Shown piece after piece: positions 26,438-39,296 of a stretch of 64,000 bases of DNA. The DNA comes from Bigelowiella natans CCMP2755. Lineage: Eukaryota; Protista; Cercozoa. The notes beneath the pieces were generated by a model. That model did not search any database and was not told the DNA's origin. It worked only from the letters and a program-made list of their open reading frames with translations. The DNA lies in NCBI GenBank assembly GCA_000320545.1, contig ADNK01000875.1:1-64000 (forward strand), read 5' to 3'. A program made the position numbers and the translations under genes. Within the stretch, counting starts at the first letter, position 1. The number at the start of each line of letters is the position of its first letter.

Positions 26438-28666
26438 CTACAACTTCACAATCTTTTTCTTTCCTTTGATAGAGATTGTGCGGCCTCCCGCTCCTCCACC
26501 TTTATCATTATCTGCCCTATCAGCTCTGTCGCGACGATCGCGATCTTTCTCTCTTCGTCTAGAGTCTCTTGCTCCACCTCTTTCCCCCCTACTAGATGTG
26601 CCACCATCCCTACTGCTCTTGTTAGTGCTACTATCTCTGTCTCGATTGTCACGGTCGCGTCCCCCTTTGTCGCCTCTCCGGGCCTTCTTGTCGACATCCC
26701 TGTCACGATGGTCTCGATGATCACGATCACGATGATCTCTATCTCTATCTCTGTCTCTATCTCTACGTGCTGTAGATGACGAATCCCGGTGGTCACGGTC
26801 GCGTTCCCTCTCTCTTGGAGCATCTCGATTGTCGCGGTTTCGAGATGATTTCTCGGTTCGTCTACCACGATTTGAATGAGAAACTGGTCTTCGTCGGCGC
26901 CCGCGATTGCGACTGCGGGAGCGAGACGCGCTGCTAGAAGAAGGGCTTCTGCTACGTTTGCGACGCTTCCTCCTCCGCCTTCTGTCAGGACTATGTTGGT
27001 ATCAGATTTGGAACCACGAGGAAAATTTTAAAAAATTAGTGTACCTTGAAGAAGATGACGAATTTTCAGAGCTTGGTGATCGACTTTTGTCTTTCTTGCG
27101 TTCCTTCCTTGAGTTGCCATTTCCTGATAAAAAGAGGAACAACAACGCTATTATTTGAACACGATTCTTAAAAAGCTGCAACATTGTGTTATGGTGTCAC
27201 CGGAGGTGGTAGTTTGCAATCGCTCTTCCTTCTTTTCCTCTTTTGCCTTTACAACCGGATTTTCAACATTTTTTTTCTTCGAAGTGTCCCTCTGTTTTGC
27301 AAAATCAGTGAATAAATAATGCATGCAGATATTTTATTTTTTCGAAACTATGAAATGCCGCCTTTATATAATAATCAAATCTCTCCATGTAAACAAATAT
27401 ATCCATTGCTCTCTCGCCAATTATCTTCATTAATAATTTTTTCCTACAATTTTTATTTTAGGTCCTATTTTCATGATATTATTAAAAAATATAGTTAGTA
27501 ATGATTGGTTTTGATTTTAATTGGAATTATTTATGTGATTAATTTTATTATACATGTTTTTTAAAAAATAAAACTATTAAAACTTTCATCCTATAACTTA
27601 CTATTTACCATCTTGCAGATGATGTTGTACTTTTTGTCCTTTTCACTCACAGGAATGTACTCAGCTTTATCTCTTGTATATAATTCTGCTATTATCGAGC
27701 TAATTTCTTCAAGCTCCAACTTGGTGGCTCCAAATAAACGATACCAAGGGGGGTTGGATGGTAGACTTATTTGCATCATCCTCACTGTCAAGTAAATAGC
27801 CGCAGTGGCAATTATTTCTGGACGATAACGCAGGCAAACATCCGTGCGCATCCTGGATATACAAACAATTTCATTCACAACCTTTATTGTATGAAATATA
27901 CAAAATACTCACGCGTCGTTTAGATAGTTCCAAGCCTTTTGCGCAAGCTGTTTGCTTGTATCACTCAAAGCACCGTTCCCAAAGAGAGTCCTCACGTAGA
28001 ACAAGATGAAGCGATGCGGATGGTCCACATAAACTGTGTATCCCAATTCTCTAAGCATCACAAGCTCTACCTTACGCACTTCGTTTGACCATCTGGCGTA
28101 CCGCTAATAATTAGGGTGAAAACAAAGGTCACATTTAAGTCGCGCTTGGGCAGCGAAACATGTGCATAAGTGATCAAATATCTCAGAACCTTAGATGTTC
28201 GGTCTAGAACTTTCTCAGCCTCCTCTGCTTCCAAGTATCTACGCTTGAGTACGCGGTCAAATACATTAAGCACGTCCCTCAAGTTTCGATTTGACTCCTC
28301 AACTTTGGTGCCAAGAAATAAGGCTGCCATTGCCACTTGCTGATAAAGAATGGATTTATAAGCACTTGGCATTTTTACAGTAGAAAAGGAGTAGAATAAA
28401 ACATGGAAATTAATTTTTAAATTACGCAAAAATCATCATTTCCCTACCAGAACTTTGTAATCGATCATAGACTTGCGGTAGTAAAATCGGTGGAAAAGGA
28501 TTTGCGCGGTGGAAATGTTTGCCTGGGACAGTCTGAGCATAATACCAGCCTGGGATATAAGCTCACACGCGTAAATTCTGTTGACGATTTCGTGTTCCTT
28601 GGAGATGCCTGCACATCTCGATGGGGAAGTAGAGATGAGATCGTCAGGAATAAGGTAGGTGGGCAT
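26438..28666 (-). CDS. CCNL: Cyclin L (cyclin boxes plus C-terminal RS/RD-rich domain), multi-exon
   Basis: SPSR..GIS..E..R..ACELI..AGIMLRL.Q..TAQILFHRFYY, AALFLGTKVEE, LRELGY..YVDHPHRFI, AWNYLND.MRTDVC, followed by an Arg/Ser/Asp-rich tail. Confidence 0.93.
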
Positions 28667-28768
28667 GATGCTTTCTTTGCGTTGAAAAACAACTGTGTCT
28701 GTCTTAGAGATAGGCCAAGAGTAGTAGGGCCACGCCACTATAAGCAGGGCCTCGCCGCAATTCTTGGT

Positions 28769-28809
<41 letters not shown>

Positions 28810-29150
28810 GCAAGAAGAAAGATGGGCGGGAAGGCTTGTGTGAAGGAGGGTTAAGTGCGTGGAGGTTATTATGTAAGGAGGTCTTAGGTTAAATCTCCTG
28901 TATTTCTTATCTGCGACATCGTCCTGATAAATACTGCGATTGAGGAATAAGTTAGAGAGATAGTTCTGGTAGGATATATTCCGATTGATTGGAAATAAAA
29001 GTTTGAGGGAAAGCTCGAATATCATACAGTAGTCCTTAATTATTTTAAAAGAGAGTAGTCCAATATTTATACCAGAAACTTCTAAATAAATTAGACTAAT
29101 ATTACCTCTGCCTTCTCTAAATATAAAAGAAAATCAAAGGAGAGAGGAAG

Positions 29151-29667
29151 ATGGCGGTTGCCTCTTCGTCCGTGGTGACCTCACAGACGAAGACGGAAAT
29201 ATCAGAATCAACCCGTTCCAAGATCATCATATTCATTGCTATTACAAGTGTCTGCTTGCTTGTATCATTTCGATTATCTTCAAAGCTGATGAAATCAGCA
29301 ACTATTCTTGCAACGAGGATACGTCATGAGCAATCCCGCCAGCATTTGCTTATGACAAAGCTTGTTGCCAACTACTCAGCGCGACTGGATGCAGAGAGAT
29401 GGAAGGTAATGAGATTTTATAGGGAAAATTTGAAGTAATCTAATTTGGATATTCTCTCAGGGATCAAGTCATACTGGCGATTCTGCTGCAAGGATCAAAG
29501 AGTTGGAAATAGAGGTAAATCGGGAGCTATTATGACCTATCTATAGAATTTAATTCATTTTTCGTTGGCCATAGGTTGAACACTTGAAAAGAGATAATAT
29601 GGATAAGGAGCGTCAGCTTATCGAGCTTACCAATCTTTACGGTGCAGTTCGGAATCACAAAGGATGA
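29151..29667 (+). CDS. Small single-TM coiled-coil protein, 3 exons
   Basis: TM segment IIIFIAITSVCLLVSF; in-frame splices to ...ARIKELEIE/VEHLKRDNMDKERQLIELTNLYGAVRNHKG*. Confidence 0.6.
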
Positions 29668-29895
29668 TTTTATTTGCTTCGCGTCGAAAATGGTTTATTA
29701 CGTTGAACAAGAAAGGTTCATCCTGGAAAATCCATGGAACACGTAAATTTAATCCTTCGAAAGCGTGGATCCATGTACAAGTTACTAAACGCGTCGTAAT
29801 TCAATCGATAACACACTGTTTATTCAATGGCCAAGTTTGTAATGCCCATACAGAAGCATATAAGATTTATTAGAAAGAGTGTCAAGAAGATGCAA

Positions 29896-30025
<130 letters not shown>

Positions 30026-30521
30026 TAAATATGTTAATATGTATTTACATAGCTACACATAGCATAAAAACGCTATTTGTGTTACAATTTGGTCTGCCGA
30101 ACGTACGACGACTGTAACTAGCTGCTACTACATGCACGTATTCTGTTAGATTGTGGCATACAGCCAACCACTTGCATGAGCTGACATGCTGCCGTCTGGA
30201 TCGATGTGCGCAGCCGCGTCATCTAGTCACGTGTCTGGCTAGCTGGACTAGCATCAAATAACAACGTACCATAGTACATGCGCGGCAACATGGATGAGAG
30301 ACTTCATGTCTAGAATACGTGCACACGCGTAAACACACATGTCTAGCTAGATGTAGCAATTGTCTCTCAAGGTCTTCATGTAGCATGTGTGCTTGAAAAA
30401 AGACGTCCGGAATTATCTTCATGTATGTCGGCACATGAACCCCAATGATTTCAGCGAAATGAATAATGTACTACACTTGTACATGAAAACCATCATAGCG
30501 GAAACCAGCAGGCTCAACATT

Positions 30522-30743
30522 AGCGCTGTAGCCGCTGCTTTGCATAGCTACATAAGGATGACCATTTGTGATCAAATTTAATTGATCAATTACACATGGT
30601 CTTGCATTAGCGCTGTAGCCGCGCTGCTTTGACGCTTTGACTAGTTGAGTATAGTGCATGTCTACATCGTATGCATATAGCTTTTAATGAGGATGACCAT
30701 GCATTGAACAAATGTAATTGATTAATTACACCCGTCTCACATA
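30522..30743 (-). repeat. Two tandem copies of the dispersed two-hairpin repeat (30522-30605 and 30609-30743, the second with insertions)
   Basis: agcgctgtagccgctgctttgcatagctacataaggatgaccatt, then agcgctgtagccgcgctgctttg...ggatgaccat..attacacccgtctcac. Confidence 0.85.
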
Positions 30744-31210
30744 AATACACCAAAGGCGAGGGCACACGCATTGGAGATGCTCACGTCTGTGATGTGGACA
30801 TGCAAGGAATGGTCTGCTATGACATGCTACATGTGTTACTGTGCACACAGTCATGGTAGATTCCATGTCTATTAGTCGAATCATTGTCACAAATGCGTAC
30901 ATTACTAGATCACTTGCATTATGCACACCTGCGCGTGTGTGCTATGGCAAAATGCTACGTCACATCGTTATATAAATATGTTATCTCCGTGCATAGTACA
31001 TATGAACGAAATCTTTCGAGATTAACAAAACTGTGTTATAGCTTTAATTTTTTGGTCATCTTGTTTTCCATGGAAACTTTTAAAGTAGAATGCATATATC
31101 CTATGCTAACGCTGCTACGGATTATGGTGCAACACAACGAATGCATTGCCTTGATGATCAACGCTAAGCGTCCTACTAGTGAATGCTCATTTCACGTTCC
31201 ACACGTAGCT

Positions 31211-33109
31211 TCACTCGACATCAAATGTGAAGAACCTGAGGATATTTTTCGATGAGATCTTGATCTTTGAAATTTTCACTTCTCCAGAACTAATTTTCGC
31301 CTTAGCGTCACTAGGCTTGATAGTTTTGCCGTCGGCAACTTCGGCGAAAGAGCTGAGCTTTACAGGAAGGTCCTTCAGTGTTATTGAATCAATGGCTAGG
31401 TCATCGAAATTCCAGTGCTTGGAGACATCCACGTGGCATAGAGTATTACTATACCCAGAGGCACGTGTATTGATAGCAATTACGATGACTTTCTTAGGGG
31501 AACGAATGACCTGAGAGAGAAAAATATACAATTATCAATCAATCAATCGTTACACTGATTGATGTCCCACGTTAAGAGAATGGCATATTTCTTCACTCAC
31601 CTCAATCATAGCTTCTTTGCCTAGCTTTGCAGTGGTGTCAAACTTGAGTCCTCCGACATCCCCTGTCCGAAGGCTTTCCCGCAAAGCCGCTATAGACCTG
31701 AGCTGCTTTTTGATCGGGGAAAAATCATGCTCTTTGAAGTCCTTGTGCGATGACTGAAACAGTGTCAGTCCTTTCGCTCCAGCGATTATCGCCTCCCCTA
31801 TTTGGGCAATAATTTCATTTTCATTTGCTTGATACGACCAGGCTTCAGAATACAACTGAGAGTAGAGATAAGTAGGGAGGGGGGCGTGATTGTCGCGGGC
31901 ATTTCTCAGGTATTGATAAGGATACTGCAGCGGCAGAGTCTTGATTACAGGAATAATCGTCGGTGCACAGGCAGCACAGTACGCATCCATCCCTTGAATA
32001 TCTGTGATCCCAGAGTAAGATCCAATGTGGGCGCTGGTTTTGGCACCTTGGTAAGTAGGAATATGTGGCCATTGCTCATTCGCTTGCTTACCGTCTTCGG
32101 TACGCAAGTTTGAGTCCATTTTACCATCCACTTCATCGCCTAAGAATACCACGTCGACATTGGAAGTGTCTGTGACGTCTTTAAGAATTTTTGGAGTAAC
32201 GAATGCGTTCATTGGCGACTTCGTAGAGCCCATCTTAGAAATGGTTCCCGGCATGTCACCACACTTCTTCACACTGCTGGAAGCCAGAACACTGTCGATT
32301 CCCGCATCAAGGAGCTCATTGGCATTTCCATCATTTAGGCCAGGAAAGGGGCAATCGTCGCTTAACGGCCAGGCCTGGATTGGAAATCTCTCCGGGACCA
32401 CCCTGCCGCCCCAACCTTGAGATTCCCCGTTCTCGCCGAGTGAAACTGTCCAAATATCCCCTTTCGAGATCGGGGGGGATAAGCTCCAGGTTGAAATGTA
32501 AGTTTGACCAGAGCCGATGGAAATTTTGGAAGCATCATGACGGATGCCGTTCACTTCGATCCATTCGAGCTGTACGGATTTCTTGTCATTGTTGTGAGTG
32601 TGAACCACCAGTTCCTTGCCGTTGGATTGTGTGGTGACATACGTAACAAGGACCTTGCGATCTGGCTTCACACTTAGCTCGCCAATATAGCAAGTAGCGT
32701 CATTGTCGACAAAGGTGACATTCAGCTTAGATGGAGAAGACCCTAGCCAGTCATTGTTTCGACTGTGGAACGAAAACCAAATCCTGCTGCCATCGAGTGA
32801 TTGGTGTAAGCGAGTCCAGTCGAAATATTTAAAGTCAGGATTGTCTACTGGAAGGTTCAAGGCTTCCTGTCCGTTAACAAGTACAGATGTTACATTACGA
32901 CAATTGCTCCCAGCGACGGTCACATGAACCCTGCCGCCATCTGTTGGTTTGTTGTAATCAATTGCCTCCGTGTATTGCTCGAGATAAATGTCTTTTCGGA
33001 AAGAGCCAGTAAGCGATACCGATTCATGGGCCCTAAATGTATACGCGGATGTGCATACCGCAGCGCCAACGAGACACAGCAACGGAGACAGTTGTATTCC
33101 GTTCAACAT
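31211..33109 (-). CDS. Secreted protein with a putative glycoside-hydrolase-like TIM barrel, 2 exons (intron about 31511-31600)
   Basis: Signal peptide, beta-rich N-terminal domains, motifs VFLGDEVDG, DIQGMDAY and AIIAGAKGLTLF. The gene is well supported; the function is an inference. Confidence 0.6.
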
Positions 33110-33900
33110 CAGATGGATGGGATGGCTCTCTCCTCTGATTAATGTACACTATATCTTAGTGTCGGTTGGTCAAAATAAAATGGAAAACATATAATGCGAC
33201 AACCATACTTACGCACTTCACAGGTGTAATCCGCGTAACACTCAACATGAACAACAACCCATGTCGTCTTCATGCTGCTGTCCGCCGTCGAAATCAGGTC
33301 CTATTTTGAACGAGACGACATAACAGAATGGCGCCGTTGTTGTTATTGTTGTAAAGAGAAGAAGGAGGAGTATGTGTTGTTTCCCGTGTTATTTTTAAAA
33401 TTTTCGGTGTGACTAAAACAAAGCGCGCACCGAAAAAATGAAACTTACCGCCGATCGCTCCGGGAATTGGGAATGCGTAACGCCTTTGATTTTTAAGGAG
33501 CGACAATTGTTTCAAAGTGACGCACTGTCACAGTCCTCTTGATAGGTTCCGTTGGATGCAGGTGAATGGGGGGGGGGAAGGGGAACAACCTGCACAGAGA
33601 TGTGTGGTATTATGTGATTGAATGAAGTTTCCATTATCAAGAATGTTAAAGTATTCTACAAAATCATTGCAAGATACAGTTCGATCGCTTGTGCTTGATT
33701 ACCTCTTGCCCGCTGAGCTGGATTTGTCCTCCTCCATGTTTGAAATTCAGGGAAATGTTGCGCTGACCCTTACTTTTCCTCCATTTTAGAACCATCCCCG
33801 GCATCTCTGGCCGTAATATCCATCTTCTTCGTGCTGTGAGACTAACACCAGTACGTAGTATTGCAAGGAGGGCAGCTATTACAAAGGCAGTGGGAGGAGG

Positions 33901-35646
33901 ATGAGGCCAATTCACAGGGAGCCTCGGGGTTTGTGGCGACCCCCCCTCCTCATTATATTGACGCTTGCCACGCTCTGTGCTATGGCTGGCATTGAGCGGG
34001 TACAACATCAAACCTCCAACCTGGAGATCGTTTCTGGCGCTTTAGGCGCGACAGAACAAGCTGCATCGCTGCCCGATTCCTCGACAAATAATGTTGTAGT
34101 GGCGCCCGTCGCTAGGACGAGAAATCAATTATATGATGATGAAATTAGGGAATCCACTAGGCAAAAAGTACAGGTCTTAAAGAGATCGTCCAAGGCTTAC
34201 AGTCACAGCGTCGCATCCCTGCGGGGTGGGGGCGGAACAGAGGTTGCTGAGGAGAGGTATAAACAACAGCAGCGCAAGGAAAAAGAGTCTGAGAGATTCG
34301 AAAAGGAAATGAAAGAAAAAGTAGCGGCTGCGAAAAAGGACATCGACCTTCGCAAAGCTGGAAAGTGGTTGGCTGAAACAGAGAAGAAGGGAAGGGAGGT
34401 TATCGATACCACCAGCTTTAAGGGAGCAGCTCGCAAAGCACTTAAGATCGACATGAAGGCAAAACGTAGAGAACGACTACAGAGAGACAAGGAGATCAAA
34501 GCGTCAGGAGCGGATAAAGCCACAATAAACGTCGAGATCCTAGCGGAGAAGAAACGCCAGAAGGAGAGAGAAAAGGCGGAATTGATCCAGCAACACGAGA
34601 AGCTACTAACTGAGCGGGGAGAGCATGTGGCCAACGCAAGCGCACGTGCCAAATACAAGAAGCTGCAGGCTTCTATTACATACCAGGAAAAGATGATAAA
34701 GGAGAAGCAGGAGGATCTCGAAGAGGATCTTGCCGACGCAATACGAGGGGCGTCCTTAAAAGATCGCACACGATACAACGACAGTTTTAGGATGTCGGTG
34801 TTGAGACCAAATATTCTCCACGACGGCGAGGTCTTAATGGGAACCAAAGAGTACAAAAAGACCGTCAAACGCGAGATACGGGAGCGAGGCTTGACGCAGG
34901 AGGAGAAACAAGCTCTGCACACAAGGAGGACATGGTGGGCATGGGCGGAAAAGCATAGACAGAAGAAGCGCTTTAGAGCTATTCGTGAGCTTGCAACTAG
35001 GAGCGCTGGGGGTTATGATCCGAGGGAAGAGGCTGCCAAGCAGTATCATTTCGTAGAGAAAGATAGAAAGCCCAGGAGAACCGTGCGCTACTGGGAGCGT
35101 TGGTTCACTGATTGGGACAAGCTCGGTCCTTCTCAAAGAAGATCTCTCCTTCGAATTCCCTCGCAACCATGGATATATGATGAGCTGCGCCTGCGTGAGA
35201 TTGCCAACCACAACTGGACACGAGTAGGCGAAGCGCGGCCTCACGTACTTAAACGCATGCGCCTTAGATTGAAGCAGATCAAGAACGCCGTAGAGTCGCT
35301 GTGGACTGAATGGTCGGAGCCGCAGTTGGCTTACTTCCTCAATAGGCGTCACAGGGATGGTTTGTTTGACCTGGGCTCGGTCCAGCGAATGCTCCTCAAG
35401 ACCAAATTCGATCAACTAGAAATGGATGAGACGCAGAAAGTTTTGCGTTACTTTGCCACCACGAAGGATGGAACCAAGTTGTTGGAGGTTGGAGTTGACA
35501 GCTACGTGGAGACATCTCCGAACTTAATAGACCGGCAAGACTACCAAGCTATCATAGGTACGGGGGGAGGAGGAGGAGGTGTAGGTAATAAAGAAGACGG
35601 AAAACCACCTCGATTGAATGATAATAATGATCTCCAAGAGGAATAA
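33901..35646 (+). CDS. Intronless 581-aa Lys/Arg/Glu-rich protein with signal peptide and LRGG motif
   Basis: Long ORF; hydrophobic LLIILTLATLCAMAG; leader ends SLRGGGG; coiled-coil character. Confidence 0.8.
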   Translation: MRPIHREPRGLWRPPLLIILTLATLCAMAGIERVQHQTSNLEIVSGALGATEQAASLPDSSTNNVVVAPVARTRNQLYDDEIRESTRQKVQVLKRSSKAYSHSVASLRGGGGTEVAEERYKQQQRKEKESERFEKEMKEKVAAAKKDIDLRKAGKWLAETEKKGREVIDTTSFKGAARKALKIDMKAKRRERLQRDKEIKASGADKATINVEILAEKKRQKEREKAELIQQHEKLLTERGEHVANASARAKYKKLQASITYQEKMIKEKQEDLEEDLADAIRGASLKDRTRYNDSFRMSVLRPNILHDGEVLMGTKEYKKTVKREIRERGLTQEEKQALHTRRTWWAWAEKHRQKKRFRAIRELATRSAGGYDPREEAAKQYHFVEKDRKPRRTVRYWERWFTDWDKLGPSQRRSLLRIPSQPWIYDELRLREIANHNWTRVGEARPHVLKRMRLRLKQIKNAVESLWTEWSEPQLAYFLNRRHRDGLFDLGSVQRMLLKTKFDQLEMDETQKVLRYFATTKDGTKLLEVGVDSYVETSPNLIDRQDYQAIIGTGGGGGGVGNKEDGKPPRLNDNNDLQEE

Positions 35647-36523
35647 CGAATTGGCTGCGGAGCAGCGTCCTCAAGGGCCAAGGGAGTAGGAAGAGAGGCG
35701 AAGGGAAATGGGATGATATATAAAATGAGAGCGACGGGGATGCTTCAAACAGTAGTCAGTATTTTTTGAATGATACTGTTTTAAATGAGTCGTTAAATCA
35801 GAATTTGTGTACGAAAGTCGCACCTAGCTAGTGTGACGACGACTCCCAATACCAACTGCAAAATGAGTGATCAACGATCGCTATGCTGTAAAAAAATAAA
35901 TAAAATAATCTGATTTAATGCTACACAGTATGATATAATAGCTACTATTGGCAAGAGGATCATGCACCGTGCGCCTGCGTGCACTCGCCTCGCACATGCA
36001 TCTCATCGCCGCACTCCATCTGATACATAATATGACGCGGCGTCTGTGAACGAACACTCAGCAGTCGCTAACGTAGCAAATGCATAATTATGTAGAAATG
36101 ACATCGAGACCTTGCTGCTCGCAATAATAAATTTATATCCTACCAATATACAAGTGAACAAAGCTTGCGAGCGCGAAGCAACGTACGTACGTATATATTG
36201 GTGCGTGTAACAATTATTGTGTTCTTTATTGCATAATGCTGTGTGTGTGTATACTAGTACATATCGCTGCGCATGCCATGTTAGATGCTGACGGCACGCA
36301 TTCACATACGTGCGCGTGCGATGCGACAGCGCACATCCATGCGGCAATGGAAAGGTGATGGAGCAATGTTATTTGACCCGATGACAATAACTTATCGGCG
36401 GGTTGCGTAATGGTCGCACGTGATTATTACTAATGAACTAGATCGTAGGGAGGCAGACTACGTTATCAGCATATGCAATAATTTCGTGGTACCGAGGTCG
36501 CTCCATACCTGCGCTAAGAGATA

Positions 36524-38085
36524 TTAGCTTACGACTAACGTTTGGATGCTGTGAGGCGGGATCTTCAGAGTGGCAAATTCCCCTCCCAATTCAACCTGAT
36601 ACTCTTGTGTGTTTGAGCCGTCTGTATTCAGCACCACGATTGTGACTTTTTCATCACCATCTACTTCGCCTTTAGTAACCACAGCTGTGGCTTTTACTGA
36701 ATCCGCAAATTTGTCCGCGACATCCACACCAATGCGAACTGAGCCACGGGAAATGAATCGGGAAAAATGAGCCATATGCCAATAAGAATCACGTAGTTCA
36801 ATCGTTTGGTCGTTTGCATTGGCAAGAATGGGTGCATCACAGTGACCCACAAGCGGTGTGCACACACTCGTAGCACTAGGGCCGATGCAAGTTGGCCCCC
36901 CTGACGAATCGAGGAGCACATTCCATTCTATCCATCCTGAGGTCCAAGCGTTCAAATCGCCAATGATGTCAATGGCGTATTTCATCGCTTCCTTCCAAGG
37001 AGTTGACCCGATGTGTTGGGTGGTAGGAGCTTCGAGGGTTGCCTCCGTTGCTAGGAGGGGGAGCGACGGGAACATCTTGTGAAGTTGCTCAAGATACTGA
37101 TAGTTCTTCAAATTTGCGCCGTACCAATGAAAAGCAACACCATCAACGTACTGCGCAGTCTTATTATCGCTCATGACCGTGCTGACAAAATCTACCATAA
37201 TGTCTTTCTGGTCATCGTGTATGTAAATCTCAACATCAGGATGATCGGCTCTCATCTTGGGACCAAGGTAATCACGCAAGAAATCTCTCTCTTGTTCCGC
37301 AGTAAATCCACAGCATGGGTACCTACCAATCACAAATTTCAATTCCAGTTGGAAGAGTACAAACATGGATCGCATAACGAAAGTTCTTACGTTGCTGCAA
37401 ATTGCCCTTTGACGTGAGGTTCGTTCTGGACAGTTAAGCGAGAAATGGTGATATTCTCCGCTGCCATTGCAGACAAGTACTCGCTCAAATAAAGAGCATA
37501 CGCTTTCTGTGATTTGGAATCCTGGTTCAGACCTGGCGATTTGCTATTCCGCATCTTACCGTTACTCTTGAGCCAAGCGGGTGGGGACCACGGTGTGGCG
37601 AGAAACTCCATCTCTGGATTGGAGTTCTGAGCCCGTTTTATCATAGGAATAATGTACTTTTCATCATGTGCCATTGAGAAATCTTTCATTTTATAGTCGC
37701 CCTTGGTTTCAGCGTAGTTATACAGCGAAGTGGAGAAATCGGTTGCTCCGATGGTGAGACGCATGAGATTGTACTGCTGCCCGGTCGGCCCCCACAGTGC
37801 TTCAATTACTTGACTCTGCAACGATGAGTTTAGGCTGGCGAAGACCTGGGCAGTGGAATCGGTGATTGCGCCGCCGAATCCCTCGATTTTTTGGTACAGC
37901 TTCGTGGAGTCTACTTTAATCGAATGAACCCCAGACGCCTTCTTTGGCGTGAAATCCACACTTGGCTTATGAGCTAGACGGTCTGATGATTTCTCCGTTG
38001 TTTGATAAACTTCCATCGTCTTTCCAAGCACAACAGCCCTAGGGCTGAAGCTGCAGAACAGCAAGATCGCAGCTCCCAAATGCAT
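36524..38085 (-). CDS. GBA: Glycoside hydrolase family 30 (glucosylceramidase-like), 2 exons
   Basis: YQKIEGFGGAITD, IGATDFS, TPWSPPAWLK, TVQNEP (acid/base), VDGVAFHWY, LLATEA (nucleophile), HFSRFI..GSVRI; signal peptide. Confidence 0.92.
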
Positions 38086-38637
38086 CCTGTTACTGGGGGG
38101 GGTGCGCGAGTTGCTTTGTGCTGATTGGGTTTGGCTGATCGGAATGATGATTTGGGCATAAATCTATGCGGAAAACATCTATCACTGGTTCAAGCCTCTA
38201 CCGGGGCAGTCAACGATATGCGACTTGTAAACTATTTTATTTAACTCTGTACATGTAGATCTACTACTCCGTGATTCATTGTCGCGACACACCGCCGACC
38301 ATTTCGTTAACATTATGGCGAATTGACATGGAAGATATGTTAGGATCTTTGTCGCATCTTAGATTTCCCATGCAAATAGCTTCGATGGGCTCTTCTGTGC
38401 CGTTTTCCCGTTAACTCTTCCGTGACCACTGTGGCAGCATCATGACTTTTACATGTTGGAACTTGCTTCTTCTTCTTCTTCTTCATGTGCACGCTGCTAG
38501 ATCTAGACTATATAACTAGACTACTACTGCTGCTGCTGCTGCTAAGGAAATACATGCACCAACGCAACACAGCTGCTTCCCGGAGAACTGACGAACTAGT
38601 AAAGTACCCCTCTTGCAAGCACCACAGCACCACAACG

Positions 38638-39042
38638 ATGAGGCATGGGAGAGCCCCTTTCATCCTCGTTGCCGCTTCTGTACTTACGCTCACGTTGATT
38701 CTTCCTGCCCAAGATCGCCGGCTGCAACGCGCAGCCCCCGGGGTCTGCTCGCGGCGGGGAAAGGTGGTAGCACCGAAAGGCCTTCGATGCAGTGCGCAAC
38801 AATACTCGTGGCTCAGGCGAAGGATAGGGACTAGCACCTTTGCGAAAGAGATCAATCCAAGCGAGCTGCCGATCAACCTTCACGCTAACCCAAATGAAAT
38901 GGGTGAAGAAGAAAATTTCACTTTCGGAACTGACGAAGATGGAACTTTTGATGAACCGATGATGATGGAAGAGAATCACTGGGGAGAAGACGACGATAGC
39001 GACGACAATTTGGAAGAAGTTGACGACGACGAAATGATGCGG

Positions 39043-39097
<55 letters not shown>

Positions 39098-39262
39098 CGT
39101 TCTTCTAATTTGTAAAGAGACCCAATGTAACTCCTGATGATTATCGTTTATATACTACTACAGATATGAGAGCATTGAGTTGCTGGATGGTAGTACATCA
39201 ATATTTCTATGATGCATGTAGATATGTGTATAACTAACGCAACATCAAAGTTGAAAAACGCG

Positions 39263-39296
<34 letters not shown>

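Noticed and set aside
34203-35415. Long antisense ORFs (also within DHX8 and the myosin tail)
   Set aside because: Shadow frames of real coding sequence.
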